A DNA stretch of 64,000 nucleotides from Cycas panzhihuaensis (Eukaryota > Plantae > Cycadophyta). Made by a program: the position numbers and the translations under genes. Positions 12,204 through 25,108 of this stretch are shown piece after piece. The DNA lies in assembly GCA_023213395.1 (NCBI GenBank), contig CM041465.1, positions 250,983,741 through 251,047,740 of the forward strand. The letters are read 5' to 3'. The notes under the pieces were generated by a model that searched no databases, was not told the DNA's origin, and saw only the letters and a program-made list of their open reading frames with translations. Every line of letters starts with the position of its first letter. Within the stretch, counting starts at the first letter, position 1.

Positions 12204-13279
12204 TGTTAAGAATTACACGATTTAATACTATAAATACATAATATCAAATACGTTAAGATTATACTAACTACATATGGGACAAAAATGAAATATACACTAC
12301 AATATAATACATAACCCTTTGGGGGAAATGATCATCTCTAACTTGCATTATAAAATAATACAAATATTTCTAGTACATGCTACCATATGGGTGTTCAATC
12401 GCATGCTAGGAACTAAATAGTCAAGAATAACTAAAACATGCAGAACTATATATATTATGATCCCATAATGCACATAAGATAGGAAAACACCATCTATAAT
12501 ACTATGGATTGAATATTATTCAACATTTCTCCATTAATATTTAATCCCTTAGCACATAATTGCTTCAAATATAATGTTGGTTCCAAATAAAAGTAAAACA
12601 TCTATTAAATCATATGGGTAACAAATTTGTGTAGTTGGTACTCCTTTAGAATGCCCTTTGTATACATGGCTTACTAATATTTTCTTGTACAACAACTTTT
12701 ACATGCTCTCATTCATGCTTGTTTACCATTTGTCTTACACTTGAGGAGAAATCAAGCCAAATATTCATACTCTTATCCACTAAACCATAAATTAAACCTA
12801 TACAAATGGTCAATTAAGCACAAACAAATGACAAAATACATTTTCTTTCAGGCACATGTTCCATTTTTAACACAAAAAACACCCTATCAAACTATAACTA
12901 AAACTTTAAGCCTTAAAAATAGTTATGAATGATATTTAAAATATAGCATGTGACCAATCGTCACGAAGCTATATGAGTCACCTCTTCCAATAGATAAAAT
13001 CTAATTTCAACATCACATAAGGGAGATATCAAAGATTTTGTGAGCAAAGGTACTTTAAAAAAAGGCAAAAATTAAAGTTAAAGCCCCTTTTCTCATTGTC
13101 TCTTAATCACTTGAAATTTCTACATGACTACCCCAAGGGTTAGGTAGATTTAAGATAATATTATAAAATAATTTAATATTATCTAAACATCAGGACAAAT
13201 AAATTTAATATTGATTTAACTACTATTCAAATATTTTGCCCATCATGGATAATTATATCACTTTCTATAATTTCTAACA
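12204..13279 (-). mobile_element. Insert C: 1,076-bp TG..CA LTR-type insertion (solo-LTR-like or chimeric) in B integrase
   Basis: Exact TSD cttta at 12199-12203 and 13280-13284. Ends tgttaagaatta / taatttctaaca are imperfect inverted repeats. Removing the insert restores RFFI-TYIDD. Confidence 0.85.
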
Positions 13280-13802
13280 CTTTATAACCTATATTGATGA
13301 CTTCTTAAGGAAGACTTGGGTCTATTTGCTAAAGAACAAGTTAGAAGCCCATTTTAGGATTAAAGAATTCAAAGCTAGAGTTAAGAACGTCTCATGTATA
13401 AAAGTAAAAGTTCTAAGAAGTGATAGCATAGATAAGTACTTATCAAATAACTTCATCAACTTCTATAAGAGCCATGGTATTAAGTGACAATTTTAAACAC
13501 CTTATACTCTGTAAAGAAATAGAGTTTCTAAAAGAAAGAATCATACAATTAAAGAAATGGCTTGGTGCATGCTTAAGGGTAATAACATCTCTTATAATTT
13601 TTGGGATAAAGCTATACATATATGCTTATTAAACAGAAGCCCTATAAAGTAAGAATTCTAAAGAATCCTAGACTAGTAAGACACTCTCTATTTAAAATAT
13701 CCATGTATTGGAATACATAACTTATGTTCATGTACCTAATAATAAAAGACATAAGTTGGATAATAAAAGACTAAAATGTATTTCATTTGGATATCATGAA
13801 TT

Positions 13803-16336
13803 TATTAGGTAGTACTAACCCAAATGAATATTTAATTGATATAAATCAATATAGTTATCTCTTTAATGTGTACTAGGGGGTCATAGTGTGCATATTTCTT
13901 TATTATACTTAGTCATTAGTTGACTAAGTGGCTTTTGGAGCGTGATTGGACAACTAAGTGGTGACATGTACCCCATATATATATTGATTTAGCATAATAC
14001 ACTTAGAAGCAATAATTTCCTACAAGTAGCTTGTGTTATATATTTATACATATTCTTTCATTTATTATTCACTTGTATGCCTTTAATTTCACGGCCTTAT
14101 ATGATCTTGGACTTATGTATAGATATTTATTTCTAACAAGTGGTATAAGATCTCTAGGGTTAAGCCAATTTTGACCCTTATTAGGCTATACGACTATAAG
14201 TATGTCCACCTGTCAAGGGTTTATTCTAAACTTGTTTCAGTATACCTATTTGTGACCAGTAAAGGTGGGTAGCCTACTTGTTTATAAGGTGAGGTTTTAC
14301 TATAGGTTGTAGGTGATTTCAAATTGCAGTTATATAAGACACCTAGAAGCATGTTGGTGCTTATGAAAAAAATCTAACTAGGGACGTAGGTGTTACTATT
14401 ATCTCAAATACCACAAAGGTCTATCACATGGTTGATTCATTATTTGACTAGTTATTTGTATGTTTTGCTAATAAACATATAGGTGTTACATGTGAATCCA
14501 AGAGCGAGGCTTTGAATATATGCCTAATTACCTTATGAAGCTAGTGCTATGGCAAGTAGGCCACAAATTTACCCTCTGTCATGAATGGAACCATGATTGA
14601 TAAGGGTTTTGTGGTATGGGAAGAATAACAAATAATTTGTTGGCTCACTTTAATAAAAATTAACATGTTTGGGGTTAGATGCAGAGCTTGTTGATACATT
14701 GAAAACCTATATATATGAGGGTTTGTAGGTTTGTTAGGGTTCTTATTTAAAGGACATTATCCCATCAATATGTTAAAGGTAAAAGTTACCATTTGATGAA
14801 GAAATTGGAGCATTGGGTGAAGGATCTCTCTATTTCTAAGATATAGTAGATTGTAAGGGGGAAATCTAAGGTCATAATAGAGGCTATAAGCTGATTTGAG
14901 AGCCATACTGATGTATGCTGGAACAATAAGGGTTTATATATTTTCAATAGGTTTTGGAGCCAAATTTTTCTCATGTTTTGCTCATATTTTGGCTCTGTAG
15001 CTTTTGCAGAGAATATGTTAGTGTTTTGGCAATATGTTAATGTGATTTGGAGCTATGCTTGGATGTTGATTGGCTACAACAGTGGTTGGGTAGCTCTGTT
15101 ATAGGGCTGGATAGATTTGAGGCATGCTGGGCATTTATTTCTTATGAATACTCATTGATGAGTGAATAATTTCCATTCTTGTCACTTTTAATAGGTCCAC
15201 AATATCAAAAAACCTTAATATACATCTTCTGGATTGAGAAATAGTTGAAGAACAATCTATTGGATGGAATTGATAGTGTTTGGGTGACTTTGTGAGGGTT
15301 TGTGTGCTTATAATTACAAATATCTTATTTTTTAAGCATAGTTTTCATGAAAGTAACATCACTAGTAGATCCACAACATAAAAAAATAGTAGCCTAATGT
15401 ATTCAAACTAAGAAATCACTGAAAAATTACTTGCAAATGTTGTCGAAAGCCCTATGGTTGTGCACACAGGTTGCATAACTCAAACGACAAAATGAAATTT
15501 GATTTTTATTTTTCTAAAGTTTACAAACTTTATGATGCATTAAATTATTTTTAAAGAGTTTTTTAAGTTTGTTTAGTCCTCGATGAATGGGTATTTTAAT
15601 GTGATTAGAGGCTAACTCAGAAGGATTATTTTTTATTTTTTGACCTTTTTCACTCGAAAGTGTATATATGCTCATAAAAAAAAGGTTATAACTCTTTCAT
15701 ATGACATTGGAATTAAGTGTCATCAATTATATTATGAAGCTAACTCGCGAGGATTTCCTATGATTTCTTAAGGCTCTTTTAATGGTGTGAAGTTTAGATA
15801 TCAGTTTGATAGGGTTTTAAAATGGAGTTCATGATTAAAACAAAAGTGCTTTCTCACTTATTTAAGCTTAGATAGCCATTTTTGTAAGTTTGTTCCATGG
15901 TGCAGTAGATGGAGCTAAGGGTTTTTGGCTCAAATTTTCTCCTGAAGGTACAACCTCAACTAGGAGAGATAAACGCATACGAAATATGAGCAAGTGAAGG
16001 CTTCTTAGTAGATAAATATTGGTGAACCATGTATGAGAAGTCCATTCTAGAGGACTGGCAAGTATAATGACTAGTTACTTATGTACTTCAATAGAAGTTT
16101 GGATTTTATATAAACTTGACATCAAGATTTGAAGTAGTTATGTGATATGGTTTAATATTAAGAGGAAATGTTGGGTGATGTTAACTGATATGAATATTTA
16201 ATTGATGTAAATCAATGTAGTTATCCCTTTAATGCATACTAAGAGGTTATAATATGTATATTTATTTATTATAATTAGTCATTAGTTGACTAAGTGGATC
16301 TTGGAGTGTGATTAGATAACCAGGTAGTGATATGTA

Positions 16337-16401
<65 letters not shown>

Positions 16402-16570
16402 TAGATATAGATATAGATATAGGTTTGGCATAGTATAATTAGAAGTGATCAATTTTCACAAATAACTTGTGTTATGTGTTTGTATTCTTTCATTTGGTAT
16501 TCACCTGGATGCCTTTAATTTCATAGTCTTATATGATCTTGGACTTGGGTATCGACATTTATTTCTAATA
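13803..16570 (+). mobile_element. Element D: 2.8-kb non-autonomous LTR retroelement (TRIM/LARD-like) in B
   Basis: LTRs 13803-14138 and 16169-16570. PBS tggtataaga at 14141. PPT aagaggaaa. TSD gaatt/gaatc. Removal restores GYHE-SSKIYRIW. No recognisable internal domains. Confidence 0.9.
16342..16422. repeat. (TA)n microsatellite followed by (GATATA)n in the 3' LTR of D
   Basis: Read directly. The 5' LTR has only a short tatata run near 13975. Confidence 0.95.
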
Positions 16571-18522
16571 GAATCATCTAAAATATATAGGATATGGAAT
16601 TAGTAGAAGAGAAACTTGTAATAAATAGAGATGTTATGTTTGATGAATCTATTAAACCTTTTAAAAGCATTATTTTCGTTATTTATGGTAAAGGCAAAAG
16701 CGTGGATGTTGATAAAAAATAAGACATTTATGTTTTTGAGAAAATATAGGAGGGGTTACCATCTCCCTCCTCTCTTCCTTTTGAAAGGAAGTTACCAAAG
16801 CAGAATTTGTAAATTGTAAAAGAGTCTAATATTTAGTTCATTGGAAGAATTCTATGAAGGATGAGCACAACTCCATCTTTAAAAATAAGACTTGGCATCT
16901 TGTTAAACTTCCTTCAAATAAGGTGGTTATTGACTATATATGGATATATAGAGAGAAGTATTGATTTGATGGTGAAGTTGTGTCCAAGGGGCATCCACAA
17001 AATATAGGTGTGGATTTTAAGAAACCTTTACACCTAGAGCAAAGATGAATACCATTTAAATGCCAATTTATTTTACATCTTATTTTAGTTAGAAATTGCA
17101 CCAAATGGATGTAAAAATTGCTTTCCTCAATGGCATTCTTGATGAAGATACATATTTAGATCAACTTGAAGGTTTTGTGTAAGTTGGAAAAGAACATCTT
17201 ATTTTCAAGATGAAAAAATCTCTATATGGGCTTAATCATGCATTGAAAGCATGGTATTCATGCATTGATTATTATTTACTTTTACTTGGGTTCACTAGAT
17301 GTGAATTTGATCATAATTTATGTGTGGAGAATGAGAAAGATAAAATATTCATAGTCTTTTTTTATATTAATGATATTACTATTATAGGGAGTGATGCCTT
17401 AAAGATTAAATCTTTAAAGGAATAGCTTAGCAAAGTGTTTAAGACAATAGATCTAAGTCTTATAAGCTATTACCTTGTTTGAAAATTTGACAAAAGAGTG
17501 ATGTCATCTTTCTATCACAATCAAAGTATATAGATGTTTTGTTAAGGTATTTTTATTTAAAGGATTCCAAGTTGATAACTGTTATTGAAGTCAGTCTCAA
17601 ACTTACTAAAAAAAATAATGGCAAGGTTGTTTATTCAATATTGTATAGGAAGTTGATAGGTGGTTTCATCTACCTAACTACCACTAGGACTAATATTTAT
17701 TATGATGTTGTAGTTCTATCTTGATTTATGAGTATTCTATCCATTTCTCATTAGAAAACAATAAAGTACATATAAGATACATAAGAGGCAGTATTGAGTT
17801 TGGACTCATGTTTTTAAAATATGTTGAATTCAAATTGAAGGGTTTTACTAACTCAAATTATGCTAGTGATGTAGATGATAGGAAGTTTGCACTAGGATAT
17901 GTGTTTATTATTAGTTATAGTATGGCTTATTGGTGTAGCAAGAAACAAGCCACAATTTCCTTATCATCAACAAAATTTGAATACAAGGAAGCAATCATAA
18001 CCACCTATGAAATAATTTGCCTCAAAAGGCTTCGTACCAATTTTGGACTTGAGTACAATGATCCTACACCTTTGTTCTATGACAATCAAAGCATAATACA
18101 ACTTCTAAAAAATCCTTTCTTTCATTCTATGATAAAGCATGCAAAGATTCATCATCATTTTATTTGAGAGTAAGTGTAGTGTAAAGCAATCAGGTTGGTC
18201 TATTGTCTAACTAAAGATCAAGCCACTAACATTCTCACTAAAGCCTTAAATCCTAAGAAATTTAAAAGGTTTGTAAGAGATAATGAATCATGAGGGGATG
18301 TTAAAAATAGTTGTTAAGTCATTATTTAACTATTATTTAATTATTTATCTCTTATTCATTGTAAATCATTCACACTAATTGATTCTTCATACACCCTTAT
18401 TAGAATAACTAAGTGACAATCTTATATGTTAATGCGTGAGATGTTTATAAACTATGATATAAATATAAGATTTTTATTATGTAAATCTTTAGTTCATTGT
18501 CTCATCTCTGCATACACCAATA

Positions 18523-20150
18523 GATTGAAACAAGTTGCCCCCCCTCATTTAGTTGCTCTTGCCATCTAAATCCAACAACTCATCACTCTTGGGTATATTA
18601 TATTATTCTTTCACAAACCCTTTGTAGCTTAACAAATTAAGAGATATAGTAACTAATGTTGGTTCTCATCATCTTTCAAAGGCTTTGAGATATATGTTTT
18701 TCCATTAAATTACACCTCATAAGCATTCCTCTCACTATCATGCATGGCACATTTATCAAATTACCAAGGCCTACCTAATAGTAAATACTAGACATCCATA
18801 ACTACCACTCAGATAACACTTTATTCTCATAAGGACTAATACTAAAAGAAACACTCCATGATTGATTTATTAACATGTGAAATCCTAGATGGATTTGGAT
18901 TTGGAAAGTAATCAAGTTGTAATTTATACACCATCTCTATACTCACCAAATTATTAGAAGACCCACTATTAATTATCACCTTGTACACCTTCCCTTGGCA
19001 TTTGCTTTTAGTTCTAAAAACTCTCCTTTTCAAATAAACTTCTGAGGAATCTTTATTATTCATAACTAAAATTCTTTGCAACACCAAGTTCTCCCTTATC
19101 TTTGCTTCAAATTCAATGGTTTAGGCATCTCCATGGTCTCTCATAGGCTAGTCTTAGGCCATCATGATTTTATTCCCAACCCTAGTTCTAGGGTTACATG
19201 GGTAATCTTAGGCTTTATGGGATTTATTGAAAATGAAGTGCCTCAATGGTTTTCTAAAACCACCAATAGATTATCCTCTACATCTACCTCTAAAGTCTCT
19301 TCCTCCATGGAAAACTGGCTTACCTTTCTTAAGCTCATCACTTTTGTTGGGTTTAGGAAAACCTCCTCTTCCATGAGAACTATTACCACCTTTACCCACC
19401 TTCTTGCTCTTGCCTCTATTATATTTCTCTAGGGCTTTTAATGCATATTGGAAATATTCTTCCATAGAGCATATCTTAAGTAGGGCTAATTCATCTTAAA
19501 GCTAGAAACATAGCCTATTAACATACTTTGTTGCTGCCCTTTCCTCCTCTTCATATGTATTTATTCTTATTTACAACCTCATGAACCATTTGGTATATTT
19601 GTACACTAACAAATCCTTTTATCTCAAAATTTGAAATTGTTTTAATAAGTTCTATAGATAATCAATAGGTAAAAATTTAGCTCTTAATTGCTTTATCATT
19701 TTCGGATAAAGTTTTATCTTATTTTTTCTCCTACTTCTTCTTATATATTGGTGACTATCCCACCATAAAATAGCATGGGATTTTATATTCGCAAGTATAA
19801 TTTTAATCTATAGTGATTGTCCTTATTAACACTCTCCATATCAAAGTAGTGTTTTAGTTCTTGTACCTAATTTATGAACAAATCTAGATTTAGGTCTCTT
19901 TGAACTTAGAAATTTCTGCTCATACCCTAGCTTCATTTTTAGACATTACCTCAATTAACCTCTTCATATGGTGAAATTTCTACTCATACCTTGGCTTTAT
20001 TTTTAGACATTACCTCAATTAACCTCTCCATACAGTGAATAACATGTATTGGATTTCTATGGTTCTCGTGTTCTTCTTTGGACATATCTTATTACAATTT
20101 ATTTTCTAAAGCTTATATCCTTCTAAATAGTTCTTCACTAATAAGCCACC
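18523..20150 (-). pseudogene. Element A gag and aspartic protease remnants
   Basis: VFRTKSKCQGKVYKVIINSGSSNNLVS (18842-19087) matches the CRM-type IIDSGS protease context. Gag-like MEEYFQYALK lies at 19271-19465. No RT is recognisable in the remaining internal part (1882-2900). Confidence 0.8.
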
Positions 20151-20733
20151 TACTTGTTACATTCTCCCTTCCTCATCGACCTCAATTCATCTAGAATACC
20201 CTTTAGGCTATTTGTAAGGTTGCTATAATACCAAAATTGAGGTTGCTGAAGTAATAACACTACTTGCATGCCAAGATTTGCAACCAAATTATTTTAGTAG
20301 AAAAAATTGATTATAATTCTATTTGATAATCAATCAAAGAACACCATAAAAATCAATATGAAAAACATTTTAATTCATTAACAAAAGTAAGAATTACATT
20401 ATTAAGGAGAACATATTTAACCAAAATAATAGCATCTATACACTCTTTTTTCTTAAACTTTTTATTCCAACTAAAACCACCAAAAAAACTTATTAAAAAA
20501 AGTAAGAAACATTTGGGAAAGGTTCTCATAATGGAAAACTCAAAAATTTGTCTTCCCAAATTTAATCATCTAATAGATAACTAACACTAATTTAAATTTG
20601 AATATGCAAAAATAAATGTCCATGCAAAGTAACATATGAAGGAAAAAAGCAACCATGTAAAGGGAAATGCCATATAGATTCTAAAAGAGGCAAGCAAGTA
20701 TAACATAGATTTTGGCATTAGTTGTCCACATCA

Positions 20734-21688
20734 CATTTTCTTTCTTAACCATTCTCACCATTGCTTCCACTTGCAAACTTTAGATTTAGATGACAATCAT
20801 CTAACTAGTATTCTATGCATTTTCATTACCTAACTCTTTACTGAGCTTTACACCTAGATTTATCACAAAATAATAGAGTGGGGAACATACCTCATCAAAT
20901 TGGTAATATGAGTGGATTAACATTTCTACTACTATTCTATAATGGATTTGGCAGCCAAAATCTAGAATCATTTAAAGGACTTCAAATTTTAGAGAGATTG
21001 TACATAGATCTCATTAAATTATAAGGATACATCCTAATAAAGATTGCCAACTAAAATGACTAAGAATATTAGAGCTCTATAAAAACATGATTTTGGGAAA
21101 AATGATTAGGGGATTCCATAATTAGAAACTGATTGACCTGTCCTATAACAAACTCATTGGAAATATGCTATTGAGGTTAGAGATATAACAATGTACAAAT
21201 CTACATCAAATTATTAAGTAATTTTCTAAAAGGGCATTTGACTTTGGACATAAAAAAAATGATAATGGTTTAAGTAATAAATATTTTTAGGAATTAATTA
21301 TCAAGTACCATTTGAAGTTCACTGAGAAATTGCATAGCACTAGAATATCTTAATCTCTCTAATAATGCATTACAAGGTGTAATAATAGTTTCCCTTGGTA
21401 AATTGGAAAATCTCCAAAATATGGATCTCTTTTCAAACAACCTATTAGATAAAGTACTAGAATCCTTGGGAAAACTTAAAATGCTTTGCCAACTAATTTT
21501 CTCTTTTAAGAACTTGACCAAAAAAAACCCTAAAAGAAAGAATTTTCCCAATACTTGCATATCACTTATGGGAAATCTTAGTTGGTGTAGACCATTAATG
21601 TATTTGAACATATATCCCACTCCCATAAAGCAAGCAAATCATTCACTTCTAAAAAGGATAATAGTACCAATTATAACTGCTAGTTCAT
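20734..21688 (+). pseudogene. LRR-RLK 3' fragment: remaining LRRs, juxtamembrane region and start of the transmembrane helix
   Basis: SFLTILT.CFHLQTLDLDDNHLTSIL; LDLSQNNRVGNIPHQIGNMSGLTFL; IDLSYNKLIGN; LRNCIALEYLNLSNNALQG; LMGNLSWC; LLKRIIVPIITASS. It continues directly from NELVSGS of the 5' fragment. Many stops. Confidence 0.9.
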
Positions 21689-24600
21689 TACTAGTTAACT
21701 AGTGCCTCATGGCCATAATCCACCAATACATAGTTGTAGTGAAGATGGCATAAACAATCATATAACATTCACTATATTTGTATTAATAAGATATTAATAG
21801 TACCGCATTCATTAGAGGAGAAAGAATATTAGAGACAAGAGAATGCATATATGAGTAGCAATGCCATTATTTATCAATAGAAGGAGATTACATAGTTAGT
21901 TGGGCAGTAAACATTACCATCCTTGAATTAATGTATCAATCTTCTACTTGCCAATCTCTCACAAAGTACTCATACTAATGCCCCTCTTATATAGCCTATC
22001 TATATATTAAGTTGGGTGGTTTAAATACCCAACCAGTCCTCAACTAATCCTTCTTAATGTTTATATTGATTAATCTTACATTAAACAAGTACCAATAATT
22101 CCCCCCTTTCTAATATATTATTAATAACTCTTGAATGTCTTGACTATGGCCCTTCTATAGGCCAATGCCTCTCTTAGAATTATAAAGCTATAGGCCTACA
22201 AAACCTAACACGTATCTATATAAAAATAAGAATTAATAATATCCATATGAAGGATTGTCCATTCACCAATCTGCATGGGTAACCAACAACTACAACTATC
22301 AATTCTCTAAGAAGTCCTTTAGATACATGGTTCATCATCGATCTTCATCATGTTGTTGATTAGTATCTAAGTCATGCTATAAAGTAATATTCATTAGAAT
22401 TTAAGTTGTACTTACTTTTAAGTAATAATATAGATGTTTCGTTAACTATCACCTAGGTCAAGGTAGTTATATTGAATCCTACACATGCCTAAACTAGGTT
22501 GCTAACATTTTTGTCAGGGTTTGTAATACTATGTGACTCCTCTTTCCATGTGATAGAGGGATAAACCTCCTAATCTATACCTCGTCCTATTTTGAGAGTG
22601 GAGGGTTTGGTCTTACCCATAACCAACCAACTCGATATATGCCCAAGGGTTTTAGGCTAAGCTACAACTATCACATCAACTTAGTCATGTGAATAATTAG
22701 TAGAGAGAGTGGTTGCATCATACCAAGTATTAATTCACTAAGATCATCATTAGTTGAGTAAAAATTATGCTACATGAGGCCATCGAGTTTAAATTTATTA
22801 CTTCATACTACTTGATGATCAAGGCTCAAGGATCATTGTTTGGCATTATATTTCTTGATATGATTTTATTTATGTCGATGCTATTGTAACTATGTTGAAC
22901 TTCTATTTATGAAATTTTCATTATCAACGAAAGAAAAAAAATCATAGTCTTTGAATTGTCCTATCCTAAACTAAGATCAAGAGTCTATGATAAAATATCC
23001 AATGGATTCTAATGATGGATTAATGACTTGATTATTTCTTCAAAACTAGCTCTTTAATCTATTTTAGGTTAGCCTTTTATCTTTTGGTAATAACTTTGTA
23101 GATAATGGAGGTGATAGTTATCAAGATCAAACTATTTAAAGCAAAATGATCAACCTAATGATTTCTTAGTCTTTATCACTACCTTCATACATTTATATTA
23201 TTGATTATATGAAGGGTCTTGAGTGCTAACTGGATTGAAATAATGTCTTGCTTGACTAGTCTTGTCTTAAACCAGATATATTCATCTTAGTGACCTTATC
23301 AAGTGAATTAACTTCAATACATATCTTAATTTTTATTATTTTATCATCATTAACTTAATCGCTTAAACCATCAACATAATGTTGTGATTTTCACCACAAT
23401 ACAATCTTTAATCAACATATTATAACATCAACTTTTGTCGCTAATCTTTATGACATCATATGTTTGTTAAGTATGTTAAGATTGTGCCTAAATTAGCATC
23501 ATCAACTTCGTCATATTAAAATATTATCTTGGAAACATATTGACTTAATGCAAATATAATTCTTAGCTTGTTGACTTCATTATATTATCAACTAAAACAA
23601 AATATTGATGCCATCTTCATCGAAATAAAATTATCAACGTTGATATGTTGTTCATCAATGTTTACTTAATATTATCCATCACTGTATTATTTCATTAACT
23701 ATGCCTCACTAAATATAATGACTTCTTTTTCATTAGGATTATTTATGTGTTTATTAAACTTCAAATTTTAGGACTATCATATTGCTCATCATCGACTTTC
23801 AACTTAAAAATTTTAACATGCCATTGCTGCACTACTACTATGTTGACACAAAATCATTTCCATCCAAATATCAACATGGAATATGGTACTCTAATTCATA
23901 ATTACCGCACCTTCATCGATAATATTTAATTGGAAATTATAATATTATCAACTTGCTTTTAACAATATAATTCTTGACTAGTATTGTCTTGATCCTAAAT
24001 CTTGACATTAACATTGACATAGCTAGCAACTTTGATTTTAATGTGAGGCAACTCAACAAACCTCAACATGGTGGTTAAGATTACAAAACATCAGCATGAT
24101 GGTTTAAAATTCAACATGACAGATATTATAAACCTCGACATAAGAACTTAATATTTAATAAAAAGTTTGACATGGCATTTAATTGTTAACATCGACATAA
24201 ATTTTAGGCTCTTTGCCATGACTTCAAGGTATCTCAATAATGCTCCTAATTTTGTCATAGAGTTGATTATTAGGGCTTGTCATCAACTTCCACTTGTAGA
24301 ATGTCTTAGAAAATATCGCAAGTTCCTTCTTATAAAGAACCAATCTTTTAATTTCTATCATAAACTTGATTACAATGATATTATTCACAAATACGAGCTC
24401 TTGATAACATCACCTACTATTAAGCTTGCTACATTCCATTCAAATTATTCATCATGCTACCATCTAGTATTCCTAGATGTCATATCGTCTTCTAAAATTC
24501 CATTGTCTATATTATCATCATAAATCAAGACTGTCATTCATCTTAACATCCCCCAAATACTTCTCCTTAAATTTCCTAAAAAATTAATGTCATGATGATC

Positions 24601-25108
24601 TTGAATAGTCATTTTCTATAATAACCAAAATATTAAACCTGCCTTATGTTTGGGATGCTTGATAACTACTTACAATCTTAATAAAGAATCTTCATCCTTC
24701 ATAAGACTAAAAGATATCTACAGTTCTCTTTACCTACCTTAAGTAGTATAATCTCAAAGACTAGCAAATACATCATTTTTTATATATGATAATAATAATA
24801 TCTTCATGGCTTGGTGCACATGTTAACAAGGGTATTTGTCCATAGTATCTTCATGTATCCTATTGATATCTTCAAGTTAAACTCTCAAAAAATTATCTAA
24901 TATTATGTTCATTATATCTTCAATATCATGGTCTTTAAGTAGTCTTCATTTAATTCTTTAGCATGTCTTGAATTATGTGCTTGTGATCTTGTTGCTATCA
25001 CTTAGATAGCCATAAGGCAATAGAATTAAGGGAGACCCTTTGAATTCTTATATTAATAATGATGCCAAATGTTAGCTAACTGGGCCTCATGACCTTAATC
25101 CACCAACA
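21689..25108 (-). mobile_element. Element E: degenerate LTR retroelement inserted in the RLK transmembrane segment, with its right LTR split by F
   Basis: Left LTR 21689-22097 is followed by PPT attcccccc. The right LTR starts at 25070 (tgttagctaactgggcctcatgaccttaatccaccaaca, matching 21689-21727) after PBS remnant gatgcca and is cut after 39 bp. The clade is not assignable. Confidence 0.75.

Larger units (their letters stand above)
10636..18290 (+). pseudogene. Element B Copia gag-pol (gag, protease, integrase, RT, RNase H), interrupted by inserts C and D
   Basis: MSSVNI..KLNEKKYRI*KF gag start; YVDCSATKH protease; LELVHSNLCG and ITYIDDFLRKTWVYLL integrase; HQMDVKIAFLNG and KKSLYGL RT; WCSKKQATISLSST RNase H. 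Confidence 0.9.
2907..18522 (+). mobile_element. Element B: Ty1/Copia LTR retrotransposon inserted in A
   Basis: LTRs 2907-3196 and 18299-18522 (tgtta.aaata.ttgttaagtcattatt.aacta ... aaca/aata). PBS tggtatgagagc at 3197. PPT gagggga before 18299. TSD aatta (2902-2906) / gattg (18523-18527), differing by two transitions. Confidence 0.9.
1464..20733 (-). mobile_element. Element A: degenerate Ty3/Gypsy LTR retrotransposon (CRM-like), outermost layer of the first nest
   Basis: Diverged LTR pair ~1470-1881 and 20238-20733 share taatttaaattt.aatatgcaaa and tagattctaaaagaggca..tagattttgg. Decayed iMet PBS gctataatacca at 20222-20233. PPT-like tgctctccttgg follows 1881. Candidate TSD cattc (1459-1463) / cattt (20734-20738). 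The left boundary is uncertain by ~10 bp. Confidence 0.8.

Noticed and set aside
1464-20733. The 19-kb nest as a giant intron of a functional RLK
   Set aside because: The ends are LTR termini rather than convincing GT..AG sites, and the downstream fragment is full of stops and frameshifts.
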